Of a DNA stretch of 64,000 nt, positions 52,648 to 64,000 are shown in pieces; within the stretch, counting starts at the first letter, position 1; each line of letters starts with the position of its first letter. The position numbers and the translations under genes are program-made. The notes beneath the pieces were generated by a model. It ran no database searches and was not told where the DNA came from. It saw only the letters and a list, made by a program, of their open reading frames with translations. The DNA comes from Eledone cirrhosa (lineage: Eukaryota): positions 54,808,001 through 54,872,000 of the forward strand of contig OZ024750.1 of the NCBI GenBank assembly GCA_964016885.1. The letters are read 5' to 3'.

Positions 52648-53026
52648 ATGAATGTATGTATTGTATATTTAACAATATACTGTATGTTTAGTTAAAAACA
52701 CTTTGAAGGCCTTTTGCTATGAGTTTAAGGTATTGACTATAGTCACACCTGGCTTCAGCAAAACCAAAGGGAAATAACCAACGATTGTTTCTCACTTTTT
52801 AATGGTTATCAAGGTTATATATCCCCTATTTTTGCTGTGAACTGTAGAAGGTGGATTCTTATAGAATTCCAATTATGTTTATGTGCTGTTTAAACTCATT
52901 AACATACAGGTTGCCTGAAGCTAGGTATGTGACGTCTGTCAATACCTTAAATTCATAGCGCAGGGCCTTCAAAATGATTTTAGATAAACATACAGTATAT
53001 TATTAAATATACAATACCTACATTCA
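52648..53026. repeat. Diverged foldback, about 120-bp arms
   Basis: 52648-52766 versus 52909-53026. Confidence 0.8.
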
Positions 53027-54219
53027 TCTATATATATAATTCCTGTTCTGTGTGTGAGTGTAAAAGAGTTTCACTTTGAAAATATTCCATCCATCTCTGT
53101 CAAATTAAACACATAGCCAAAATAGGCTACGGTTTGTAACATAAAGAAAAAATTATTTCATAATGATTAATTTCGAAGTCACAAACTTCGATTTTATAAT
53201 CTTATAGGCTTTTGCACTAACAAATTCCATGACGGCCATTAAAGAGAGAGAGCGTTCCTTTTACACACTTCTTAACTGTCCCCCTTCCACAACACAACGT
53301 TATGGGATTGTATGTGTATGTCGGTGTGTATATGTGTGTGTATGTGTTTGTATGTGTGCGTGCATGTGTGTGTGTGTGTGTGTGTGTGTGTAATTTCCAT
53401 AACGGCCAGAGAGAGAAGGATATGTGAGAAGGAGATAGAAAGAGAGGAGTGAGAGAGAGAGAGAGAGTAAAATAAAGAAAGTGAGGAGTGTGTGTGACTT
53501 AACTCTCCCCCTTCCACAACGTCACGTCTTGGGATTGTGTGCGTATGTGTATGTGTTTGTGTGTGTGTGTACGTGCGTATGTGTGTGTATGTGTTTGTGT
53601 GTGTGTGTACGTGCGTATGTGTGTGTGCATGTGTGTGTGTATGTGTATAAATGTGTTAATTGTAAGAAATAACAGACGATACTTTAGCGATAAATACAGT
53701 GTTTATAATTTTAACTTATTTATTACACTTAACTCTCCCCCTTCCACAACGTCACGTCTTGGGATTGTGTGTGTATGTTTGTGTGTGTGTGTATGTGCGT
53801 ATGTGCGTGCGTGTGTGCATGTGTGTGTATAAATGTGTTAATTGTAAGAAATAACAGACGATACTTTTTATTCAAAAAATTAAACTCTAAACCAGTTTTG
53901 ATGTCATAAATCATATTTTCAAAGTGAAAATCGTCATTTCTTTAATACTTATTCAGAGGTTGATATATATTTACTGTTTGTCTTTTGGTTTTTAATCAAA
54001 TATTTACACATTGCTCAACTGACACTGCTAAACACGATATTAGCAAAATTATTTTGTAAGTATGAAAATCTAATATATAATTCCCGTGTAGAAAAAGCAG
54101 ATGATAAAATATACTTTTTCGTTTTGCTTATTATTACAAAAATTTACACATTGTACACAACTATTTATTTTTTTTAATTGATTTGTATCAGCTTTATTCA
54201 ATTACATATTTTCGGTAGA

Positions 54220-57200
54220 ATGCCTCGAAAAAGAAAGAGTAACATTGGAAAAAAAACAAAAAATGCTTTTGCTTTGCGTTCTTTGCGCGCAAGCTAAACA
54301 GAAGAACAATGTGTGCTACGGCGTGCTCGCAATGCTGCTTCTACCTCGATCGCCAGAGCATTACAAACAACTGAACAAGCAGAACTCCAGCGTGCTCACA
54401 ATGCTGCCTCTACTTTGAACATCAGAGCATTACAGAAAGCTGAACAAGCAGAACTCCGGCGTGCTCGCAATGCTGCTTCTAATTCCAATAGCCGTGCTTT
54501 AGAGACTGTTGACCAAAGGGCAACAAGGCTTGCGGCTGATTCTCAACGGAAAATGCGTACTTATGTCTTTCCGAGGGATTCTTCCTGTTACTGGTCTAAG
54601 AAAGGTTTTCAATACAACCCCCAAGAGGACTACGCATCCCATCCGCATATCATCATTGGTAGTATGTCAACTGTTTGCGTCCATTGTAATGCAATGAGGT
54701 GGCCAGATGAATCTACCGGTATATGTTGCTCCAATGGAACGGTTACATTGCCTTATTTACAAGTCGGTGCCGAACCTTTGAATTCTCTGCTGCTTGGAGA
54801 CCACCCTGATTCTAAACACTTTTTCAGAAATATAAGAGCCTACAATTCGGCTTTCCAAATGACAAGCTTTGGTCATACAACAATAAAAAGATGGGAATTA
54901 TATGCCCACATTTAAAGTGCAAAGCCAAATTTACCATCAAATAGGATCACTTATTCCACAAGATGGCAAAGAACACAGTTTTCTCCAGATCTACTTTATG
55001 GGCAACGGACCTGAAGAAATTGCACGAAGGGCTTCAGTTGCTAAAGGAACGACACCTTCTCTTCTGCAGCCCCTTCAATATATGCTTCATTCCATAAACC
55101 CGTACATCACCATTTTCAAAACTGCTTTACAACGTAGAGATGCTAACAACAATCAATACAAGGTTGTCATTCAAAATGACCGTGCTCCACCAGGGCAGCA
55201 TCAGGGTTGCTTTAATAGACCCCAAACCGATGAAGTTGCGGTGATTATAACACGTCCTAATGAGAGCGCTTCAAACCGTGATATTGTTATTGAATGGCAG
55301 GACTCGCATCTTCAAAAAATAAATGAACTTCATCCCGCATATGATGCTCTCCAGTATCCATTGCTGTTCCCCTTTGGCAACGATGGCTACCGCATTGATT
55401 TGCAAAAGTGTAATCCTGTAAGTTTAATGCATCTTACACCAGGGAAAACCATTTCACAAATGGAATTTTATGCATTTAGACTTATGTTTCGCAAAAACGA
55501 CGTCAACATTCTGCATAGAACACGGATGCTCCTCAATCAATACTGTGTAGACATATTTGCTAAGATTGACACTGAACGCCTCCAATGGATAAGACATCAT
55601 CAAAAGGAACTGCGTTCAGAAGAATATGGCAATCTACGTGACGAAGTAAACCGAAATGATCAGGCTAATGCTTCGGATGTTGGGCTTTCTGTCATTCTCC
55701 CATCATCATACACTGGAGGCCCCCGTTACATGCATGAAAAAATGCAGGATGCTCTGACCTATGTCCGCCATTGTGGCCGTCCCGATCTTTTTATCACCTT
55801 TACATGCAATCCAAAATGGTTGGACATCCAGTCTCATTTACTTCATGGCCAAAATCCTTCACACAGGCATGATATCACATCCAGAGTGTTTCACATGAAG
55901 CTTATAAAAATGATGGATGTTTTAAAATACGGACAACTTTTTGGACCAGTAAGGTGCTTCATGTACACAGTAGAATGGCAGAAGAGAGGACTCCCACATG
56001 CCCATATTCTCATTTGGCTTCAAAAGAAACTTATGTCAACTGATGTTGATTCCACTATCAGTGCTGAACTGCCAAATCCCCAAGAAGACCCTTCGCTATT
56101 TCAAATCATAAAAGCCAACATGATACATGGCCCGTGTGGCCACCTAAATCCAAAATCTGCATGTATGGACAATAGGAGATGTACAAAGTGTTACCCACGT
56201 AAACTCATCAATGAAACCAAAACTGGTGATGATGGCTACCCTTCATACCGTCGCCGAGCACCGCAGGAGGGTGGACATATGGCAAATATAACAATGCTTG
56301 GTGGTCAAGATTTCACTATTGACAACCGATGGGTTGTACCACATAACAAGGTGCTATGTAAAATGTTTTCAGCCCATATTAACGTTGAATTCTGCAACTC
56401 CGTCAAAGCAATCCAATACATCTGCAAGTATGTCCATAAGGGAGCTGATCGAGCAGTTGTTGAGTTGGCTAAAAGCGATAACCCTGATGCTGCCAGAGAT
56501 GAAGTCACGTGTTTTCAAACTGGACGCTACATCTCTTCTAACGAGGGATTTTGGCGCATATTCGGTTTTCCGATCCATGAAGGTGAACCTGCAGTTATTC
56601 ATCTCAGCGTTCATTTGGAGAATGGTCAACGGGTGTATTTTAACCAAGAAAATATGCTTGACTATGCAAGACAACCTCGAAGAACGACCCTTACCGGGTT
56701 CTTTGAACTTTGTACTTCAGACTCTTTTGCCAGAACACTTCTTTATGCAGAGTTGCCTACATTCTACACGTGGAATAAATCTTCCCGCTGTTGGCAAAGA
56801 AGAAAGCGAGGACGCATTTCACAAAGGGATGCTTTGATGCGCGAGTCTGATGCCCTCTCAAGAGTGTACACAGTTCACCCGCTCAATTCAGAATATTTTC
56901 ACCTTCGTCTTCTATTGCACGTTATCAAAGGTCCGACTTCCTTTGAAGACCTCCGTACCGTCAATGGCCATATTTGGTCAACATTTAAAGAGGCCTGCTC
57001 CAAATTAGGTCTTCTCGACAACGATGACCACTATGACCACGCCCTCCATGAAGCATCAATGTTGCAGTCACCAATTGCTCTTCGTAAGCTTTTCGCCGTT
57101 ATGCTGGTATACTGCAGTCTTGGGAATCCACAGTCTTTCTGGGATAAATATCGTGACAGCATGTGCTTGGACATCCTAATGCAATCTCGCTTTGCGTCCA

Positions 57201-58777
57201 CAGACATGAATTTACAGTTTACACATGAAATGTACAATTGCGGTCTCATATTTCTAGAAGATATACTTTTGGAAATGACCGGCCATCCCTTGAAGAACTA
57301 CTATATGGAATCCCCTAAAAGAGAAAATGAGGCTGTTTGTAACCGCCACGTACTAAGGGAGACATGCTACAATGCTGCCAGGCTTCTGTCCTACATTCAA
57401 AAAAGAGAAAAACTTTTGAATTCTGAACAAGCTGATGTCTATACTTTTGTTTTGACCATGCTTGAAGACATAAACGGTGGCATCCTCTTCCTTGATGCAC
57501 CAGGTGGCACAGGAAAGACATTTCTACTAAACCTCCTTCTTGCCAAAGTTCGCCAACATGGACAGATTGCCATTGCAATGGCATCTTCAGGAATAGCAGC
57601 AACACTGCTAGACGGCGGCAGAACAGTCCATTCAACATTTAAGCTTCCCCTTAACATTAGTCATGTTGAAAATCCGACCACTAATGTAAACGAAGAATTC
57701 TGATGAGGCTGCTGTCTTTCGAAAATGCAAAATGATTGTCTGGGATGAGGCGACAATGTCCCACAAGAATGCACTTCATGCAATCAATGCAACGCTACAA
57801 GACCTGCGCTCCAACTCTAAACCTTTCGGTGGCATCGTTCTGCTTCTTGCTGGGGACTTTCGTCAAACTATTCCCATCATCCCAAAAGGTCAACCAGGTG
57901 ATGAAATAGACGCTTGCATTAAACATTCTCATTTTTGGCGCTTCGTCCAGTCGAGAATGTTAACCATCAACATGCGATCAATTCTCCACCAACAAGACGG
58001 TAACAATTATTTTTCTTCAAAGTTATTGGATGTTGGTAATGGGAACTTACTAATCGACGTAAATGGTTTCGTTGACATAAGTACCATCGGCAACTACGTC
58101 TCCAGCCCTGGGGACCTTTGCACAAAAGTTTACCCCGACCTCTCAACAAATTACGTCAGTCATCAATGGATGTGTGAAAGGGCTATCTTAGCCCCTACGA
58201 ATGCCACCGTCCAAGCTATTAACACATGTCTGCTTTATCAACTTCCTTCCCAAGAGCGATGTTATGCTTCGATTGATTCGATTACGGATCCAACGCAAGT
58301 AACGTTTTACACAACAGAGTTTTTAAACTCACAAGAACCATCGGGAATGCCACCGCATAAACTCTGCCTAAGACTTGGATGTCCCATCATACTCTTAAGA
58401 AATTTGGAACCTCCTCGTCTTTGCAATGGCACACGCTAGGTTATAACGCAAATGTTGGATGACGTTCTCGAGGCTACAATCATTACTGGAAAAGGCGCTG
58501 GTGACTCTGTTTTTATTTCCCGAGTTCCACTTATTCCAACTGACTGTGTCTTTCCGATGAAAAGAGTTCAATTTCCCATTCGATTAAGTTTTGCAATGAC
58601 CATTAACAAAGCCCAGGGGCAATCACTAAAAGTGGTTAGCTGGACCTCACTACCCCATGTTTTTCACACGGACAACTGTATGTGGGATGTTCAAGAGTTG
58701 GAAACTCAGCAAGTCTCTTTTACTACGCTCCCGGAAGATTTACAAAAAATGTGGTTTACAAGGCAGCCCTCCAATAG
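54220..58777 (+). pseudogene. Helitron Rep/helicase (HUH nuclease plus PIF1), broken by stops and frameshifts
   Basis: LFITFTCNPKW, VEWQKRGLPHAH, YICKYVHKG; APGGTGKT, VWDEA, GDFRQ, PPRLCNGTR, FAMTINKAQGQSL. Confidence 0.95.
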
Positions 58778-58783
58778 TTTATC

Positions 58784-60158
58784 CAATGCTGCTTCAACTT
58801 CCAATAGCCGTACTTTAGAGACTGTTGACCAAAAGGCAACAAGGCTTGCGGCTGATTCTCAACGGAAAATGCGTACTTATGTCTTTCCGAGGGATTCTTC
58901 CTGTTACTGGTCTAAGAAAGGTTTTCAATACAACCCCCAAGAGGACTACGCATCCCATCCACATATCATCATTGGTAGTATGTCAACTGTTTGCGTCCAT
59001 TGTAATGCAATGAGGTGGCCAGATGAATCTACCGGTATATGTTGCTCCAATGGAACGGTTACATTGCCTTATTTACAAGTCGGTGCCGAACCTTTGAATT
59101 CTCAGCTGCTTGGAGACCACCCTGATTCTAAACACTTTTTCAGAAATATAAGAGCCTACAATTCGGCTTTCCAAATGACAAGCTTTGGTCATACAACAAT
59201 AAAAAGATGGGAATTATATGCCCACATTTAAAGTGCAAAGCCAAATTTACCATCAAATAGGATCACTTATTCCACAAGATGGCAAAGAACACAGTTTTCT
59301 CCAGATCTACTTTATGGGCAACGGACCTGAAGAAATTGCACGAAGGGCTTCAGTTGCTAAAGGAACGACACCTTCTCTTCTGCAGCCCCTTCAATATATG
59401 CTTCATTCCATAAACCCGTACATCACCATTTTCAAAACTGCTTTACAACGTAGAGATGCTAACAACAATCAATACAAGGTTGTCATTCAAAATGACCACG
59501 CTCCACCAGGGCAGCATCAAGGTTGCTTTAATAGACCCCAAACCGATGAAGTTGCGGTGATTATAACACGTCCTAATGAGAGCGCTTCAAACCGTGATAT
59601 TGTTATTGAATGGCAGGACTCGCATCTTCAAAAAATAAATGAACTTCATCCCGCATATGATGCTCTCCAGTATCCATTGCTGTTCCCCTTTGGCAACGAT
59701 GGCTACCGCATTGATTTGCAAAAGTGTAATCCTGTAAGTTTAATGCATCTTACACCAGGGAAAACCATTTCACAAATGGAATTTTATGCATTTAGACTTA
59801 TGTTTCGCAAAAACGACGTCAACATTCTGCATAGAACACGGATGCTCCTCAATCAATACTGTGTAGACATATTTGCTAAGATTGACACTGAACGCCTCCA
59901 ATGGATAAGACATCATCAAAAGGAACTGCGTTCAGAAGAATACGACAATCTACGTGACGAAGTAAACCGAAATGATCAGGCTAATGCTTCGGATGTTGGG
60001 CTTTCTGTCATTCTCCCATCATCATACACTGGAGGCCCCCGTTACATGCATGAAAAAATGCAGGATGCTCTGACCTATGTCCGCCATTGTGGCCGTCCCG
60101 ATCTTTTTATCACCTTTACATGCAATCCAAAATGGTTTGACGTCCAGTCTCATTTACT
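58784..60158 (+). repeat. About 1.37-kb duplicate of 54468-55842
   Basis: Near-identical, with the same frameshift. Confidence 0.95.
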
Positions 60159-60421
60159 GTTTGTCTTTCGGTTATTAATAAAAAAAATTACACATTGTTC
60201 AACCGACACGGCTAACGATACATTTCTCTATGTTCACATTTTAATGACACATATCTGTAAATAAAACTTGCTCTTTTTGAATACCGTCTCATTTTTTTTA
60301 TTGAAAGAGTTGATCAGGTAAAATTATCCTCCAAGTTAAACATACAACACGGAAATTGACCATTAACATTGCAGCCTTACCAAGAACTGACACCGTCCAA
60401 TGGACGGGGGTCATTTGCTAG

Positions 60422-61026
60422 TATATATATAAAACTGAGGGTCTGTCTGTGTGTGTGTGAATCCCTAAAACTCGAGAAGTACCCAACCGATTTTTTTCAA
60501 ACTTTACATGTGTATTACTTATATTTCAGGGAGTGTTATGCACATTAAAAAATTCAACTTTTTGATCCCCTAGGGCCTGCAGTAGGTGAAAAACATTTTT
60601 AAGCTTTTTAGTTTTTTTTTAGGCGTTATGTCAGACTGATTTACTTGAAATTGTAACTATGTATTAGTCAGTCTCTTCTTCATACCGTGAGCAAAGAAAA
60701 TCCAACTTTTTTATGGCCTAGGGCCCACATTAGGTGAAAAACTTCATTTTTTCAGCTTCTTGGAAGCATTACGTCTAGCCGATTTTCCCGAAATTTCAAG
60801 GCATATTATGCACATAAAAAAATTCATCCCCTAGGGCCTGCATTAGGTGAAAACCTGCATTTTTCCTGCTTCATCGAGGAAAATCTTAAAGATTATCCAG
60901 CCATCAGAGTATTCAGTTTATTTTCTTTACATATTGTCCAGGCATTCAGTTTTTCCACGATTAGGTCTGTTGGCGGCCCGCGTTCCAAAATACCTTATCC
61001 TGTGAAATGCCGGGTACCACTGCTAG
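60422..61026 (+). mobile_element. Short non-autonomous Helitron appended to the large one
   Basis: tatatatataaaactgagg 5' end; GC-rich subterminal segment plus CTAG|T at 61023-26. Confidence 0.8.
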
Positions 61027-61183
61027 TATGTATATACACTTAAGAAAATTAACAAATTGAGGACCAGACAAATGAAAACACGGCAAAACGAAAAACCATT
61101 TTTTTAAGGGGAAACCGTAAAGAATAATTTTTTGAAAATGAAAATACAAATGAAAGGCACAGAACTCCAGGTTCATCAGCTGT

Positions 61184-61281
61184 TGAGATGGACCTTGCCA
61201 GTTTCAACCCCTACCAACGGTACTGCTTGTACACCTGGGGTGAGAGGAGATCACATATTAAAATACGCTCATCAGATCTCA
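61184..61281 (-). ncRNA. Degenerate type I hammerhead motif
   Basis: tgagat-CTGATGA...GAAAC-tggcaag-GTC-c-atctca; stem II poorly paired. Confidence 0.5.
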
Positions 61282-61719
61282 GACCACCTGCAGTTTCAAT
61301 CTGAGATTACTGCAAAGAATGGGAGGCTCGAAACAATGGAGAAATAAATATCTTCGTTAGTACCCATTCTATTTCTTCAAGTCAACTCACAGCTGCTGAT
61401 TTCTGTCCTTTGAGGTAATGTTTTACCCAACACCACTTCGATGGTATTTTACTGTTTTAACAGCTTCCTTATGCTGAGTTTTTCTACTTTCCTACAAATT
61501 CTAATACACTGGCGTTTCAAAACTTGATATCCGAGTTAATATTCTTTATATATATAAAAGGAAAACGAAGACAGACATATACATATATGTGTTCAAATAG
61601 TAAGGGACTACATTTGCTAAGGTGAAAAGAATACTAACTATAGACAATAGGGTTTGTCAGACTTAATTTAAGAATAAATCAAGAAAATAAATACAAACCA
61701 TAATTGCGGTAACTACCAA

Positions 61720-61800
61720 TCACCCGGACAGTTTTGCTAATACTGTTTCGCAGTATTAATTGTGCAAAGGACTACCATATTCTCGCTGATCAGCGGGTGA
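61720..61800 (-). ncRNA. Type I hammerhead, CUGAUCA core variant
   Basis: tcacccg-CTGATCA-gcg...tgc-GAAACag..ctGTC-cgggtga (7-bp stem I). Confidence 0.75.
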
Positions 61801-62229
61801 AGAAATATTTGTATCCTGGTCACTTCTAAAAAAAACTGGATAGTGTGTTTATATACAACGCACATGGTATCAGAACTTAGCGTGTCTCGCAAACTCACAC
61901 CACTAAAAATAGCAGCTGGGTTTACTCGACATTTGAATTAACTCGACGAATTAACGGAGCCGAATATATTCAAGGCATATATTGAGTTAGAAACTCAAAA
62001 TAGTCTCTTACAATAAATTAGCTCTAGGAAATTGTTTATAGTTAGTATTCTTATTACCTTAGCGAATCTAGTCCCTTACGATTTGACCACATATATGTAT
62101 ATGTCTGTGTTCCTTTTTCTTTTTGTTCAGTTATAATATACGGCTCGGAAAAATCTCTTTCCTAGAGCTAATTTATTGTAAGAGACTATTTTGAGTTTCT
62201 AACTCAATATATGTCTTGAATATATCCTT

Positions 62230-62271
<42 letters not shown>

Positions 62272-62398
62272 GTAATAAACACAGTAAATCATGTGTCTAA
62301 TATTACGAGGGTTGAAGAACCACATTTGTTTGAAATATTTAACCATGAAACAGACAGAAAGAGATAAATATATACAGACCGCCTCAATAACTATTATA

Positions 62399-62480
62399 TC
62401 TCCCGGACAGATTAGTGATTAATCTGTTTCGCCCTGAGTGTGTTTGTAACCGATAATCCATGGGCATCATCAACGAGAGA
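62399..62480 (-). ncRNA. Type I hammerhead, UUGAUGA core variant
   Basis: tctctcg-TTGATGA-t-gccc...gggc-GAAACagatta-atcac-taatctGTC-cgggaga. Confidence 0.8.
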
Positions 62481-62550
62481 ATCTGGTTAAATGTGAAATA
62501 GTCATTGTGTGTGACTGTTAGCATTAGGTGTTTGTCGCATTTAATCAGAT

Positions 62551-62636
62551 TCTCTCGTTGACGATGCCCGTGGATTAATTATCTGTTACAAAGACACTCA
62601 GGGCGAAACAGATTAATCACTAATCTCTCTGGGAGA
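62551..62636 (+). ncRNA. Inverted sister hammerhead (UUGACGA; GUC->CUC)
   Basis: Other arm of the 62266-62682 foldback. Confidence 0.7.
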
Positions 62637-62983
62637 TATAATAGTTATTGAGGCAGTCTTTACTGTGTTTATTACTACATATATTATTATTATAATGCTC
62701 AGTATTTATACTTTGAGCTTGTTAATTACAGGGTTTCAGTATGAGTTATTAACTCTATCTTTCATTTATATATATATACATATTGTTATACTTGGGGAGG
62801 GTCATATTGTTAAAATATTGCGAGAAATAATAACAGAACATACTCACTGTTTGGTTTGGGTTGGTTTTCGCTTCTGTGTCTTTTATATCTCCATAGTTAA
62901 TTTATCTGGCAATCAAAGTTTATTATTGACTGACCAATTGTTAAAAATACAGATATAAATAAATATATATATATATATATAGT

Positions 62984-63283
62984 CTATCGAAGTTCTTTCG
63001 ACACATATCCGTGACTCCCGATTCTGTCTCTTTGGTTGTAGCCAGAGAACTGCATGCAGTTGATAAATTGTTGGATGTGTCTTTCCATTTCAGTTGAGTC
63101 ACACATGCGGGAGACATTCTTCATCACTCTTACCAAGTCTGCAATCAGAATATTAAACTTAGCACTTTTGGACATTGCTGAGATTTTTAGTATCAGGTAT
63201 TTGGAGGCCATGGGTTTAGCATAGTGAGAGTGGAGAATTTGGGCCCTCTTGTCTGTAGTTAGGGTGTTTGGAAAGGTAGTCAC
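62984..63283 (-). pseudogene. Penelope-like element RT thumb fragment (Naiad-like pattern)
   Basis: HYAKPMASKYLI..SAM...K.NIL..DLVR.M.N.S......MQFSGY. Confidence 0.7.
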
Positions 63284-63344
63284 ACATTCTATAACCCCCT
63301 CAGTGACAAGGCTGTTATTTAGTATCTCTCCTGTGTTCTGTCAG

Positions 63345-63440
63345 ACACCATCTAGTTTTTGTGAACTCACAAAAATATGAGATTATTTCGTTTGTTGTTT
63401 AGTAAAAATTAACACAACACATTGATTACATCTGAAGGAG
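63345..63440 (+). other. Putative non-coding exon of a third ZNF paralog (donor at 63441)
   Basis: Homologous to 16000-16140 and 32445-32620. Confidence 0.5.
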
Positions 63441-63554
63441 GTAAGTTGACAAAGATTTACTTAATGTCTATATTAATGTGTGTATATAATATAATTATGT
63501 GAACCCTTCAACGATACAGTAATTATATACAAGTGAAAATATATATAACAACAT

Positions 63555-64000
63555 TACCACTAATACTAAATACTATACTGTACATTAGATAATGTAGTCC
63601 TAGATACACTATGTCTGATAGCCACTAATACTAACTACTATACTGTACATTAGATAATGTTGTCTTCAATACACTATGTCTGATAGCCACTAATACTAAC
63701 TACTGTACTGTACATTAGATAATGTAGTCCTAGGTATACTATATCTGATAGCCACTAATACTAACTACTGTACTGTACATTAGATAATGTAGTCCTAGAT
63801 ACACTATGTCTATAGCCACTAATACTAACTACTATACAGTACATTAGATAATGTAGTATTAGATATACTATGTCTGATAGCCACTAATACTAACTACTGT
63901 ACTGTACATTAGATAATGTAGTCCTAGATATACTATGTCTGATAGCCACTAATACTAACTACTGTACTTTACATTAGATAATGTAGTCCTAGATATACTA
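63555..64000. repeat. 65-bp minisatellite, runs off the window
   Basis: ccactaatactaactactgtactgtacattagataatgtagtcctagatacactatgtctgatag. Confidence 0.95.

Larger units (their letters stand above)
53027..60421 (+). mobile_element. Canonical Helitron (inactivated) with internal duplication
   Basis: A|TC 5' end; ccgtcc-aat-ggacgg hairpin plus CTAG|T 3' end. Confidence 0.9.

Noticed and set aside
52705-52766. SECIS-like hairpin (ATGA in a stem)
   Set aside because: No opposing GA quartet and no apical AA
61150-61210. Type II hammerhead using the second CTGATGA
   Set aside because: Stems I and II do not pair in register

Overview
AT-rich, repeat-dominated eukaryotic (metazoan) DNA. The C2H2 finger style ([12 protein letters not shown]...HTGEKP), the Nin- and tRNA-type SINEs and the RTE LINEs suggest a cephalopod, probably octopus (inference). 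The backbone is a tandem C2H2 zinc-finger gene cluster on the + strand: two coding exons, plus three paralogous upstream non-coding exons. Its introns and spacers are filled with transposons: one intact RTE LINE (1039 aa), many truncated RTE copies, a frameshifted canonical Helitron with an internal duplication, non-autonomous Helitrons, SINEs and satellites. Three observations stand out. (1) A decayed Helitron2/Helentron-like multi-gene element (about 2.3-11.6 kb) with a 2A-like peptide, a PIF1 helicase fused to a USP-type deubiquitinase, and a spliced SGNH hydrolase. (2) Seven type-I hammerhead ribozyme motifs, several with variant cores, in Penelope-like termini next to (TA)n tracts. (3) A short repeat element at 12.1-13.1 kb whose repeats hold the three hammerhead strands in a non-circularly permuted order. 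All calls were made by eye, and repeat boundaries are approximate.
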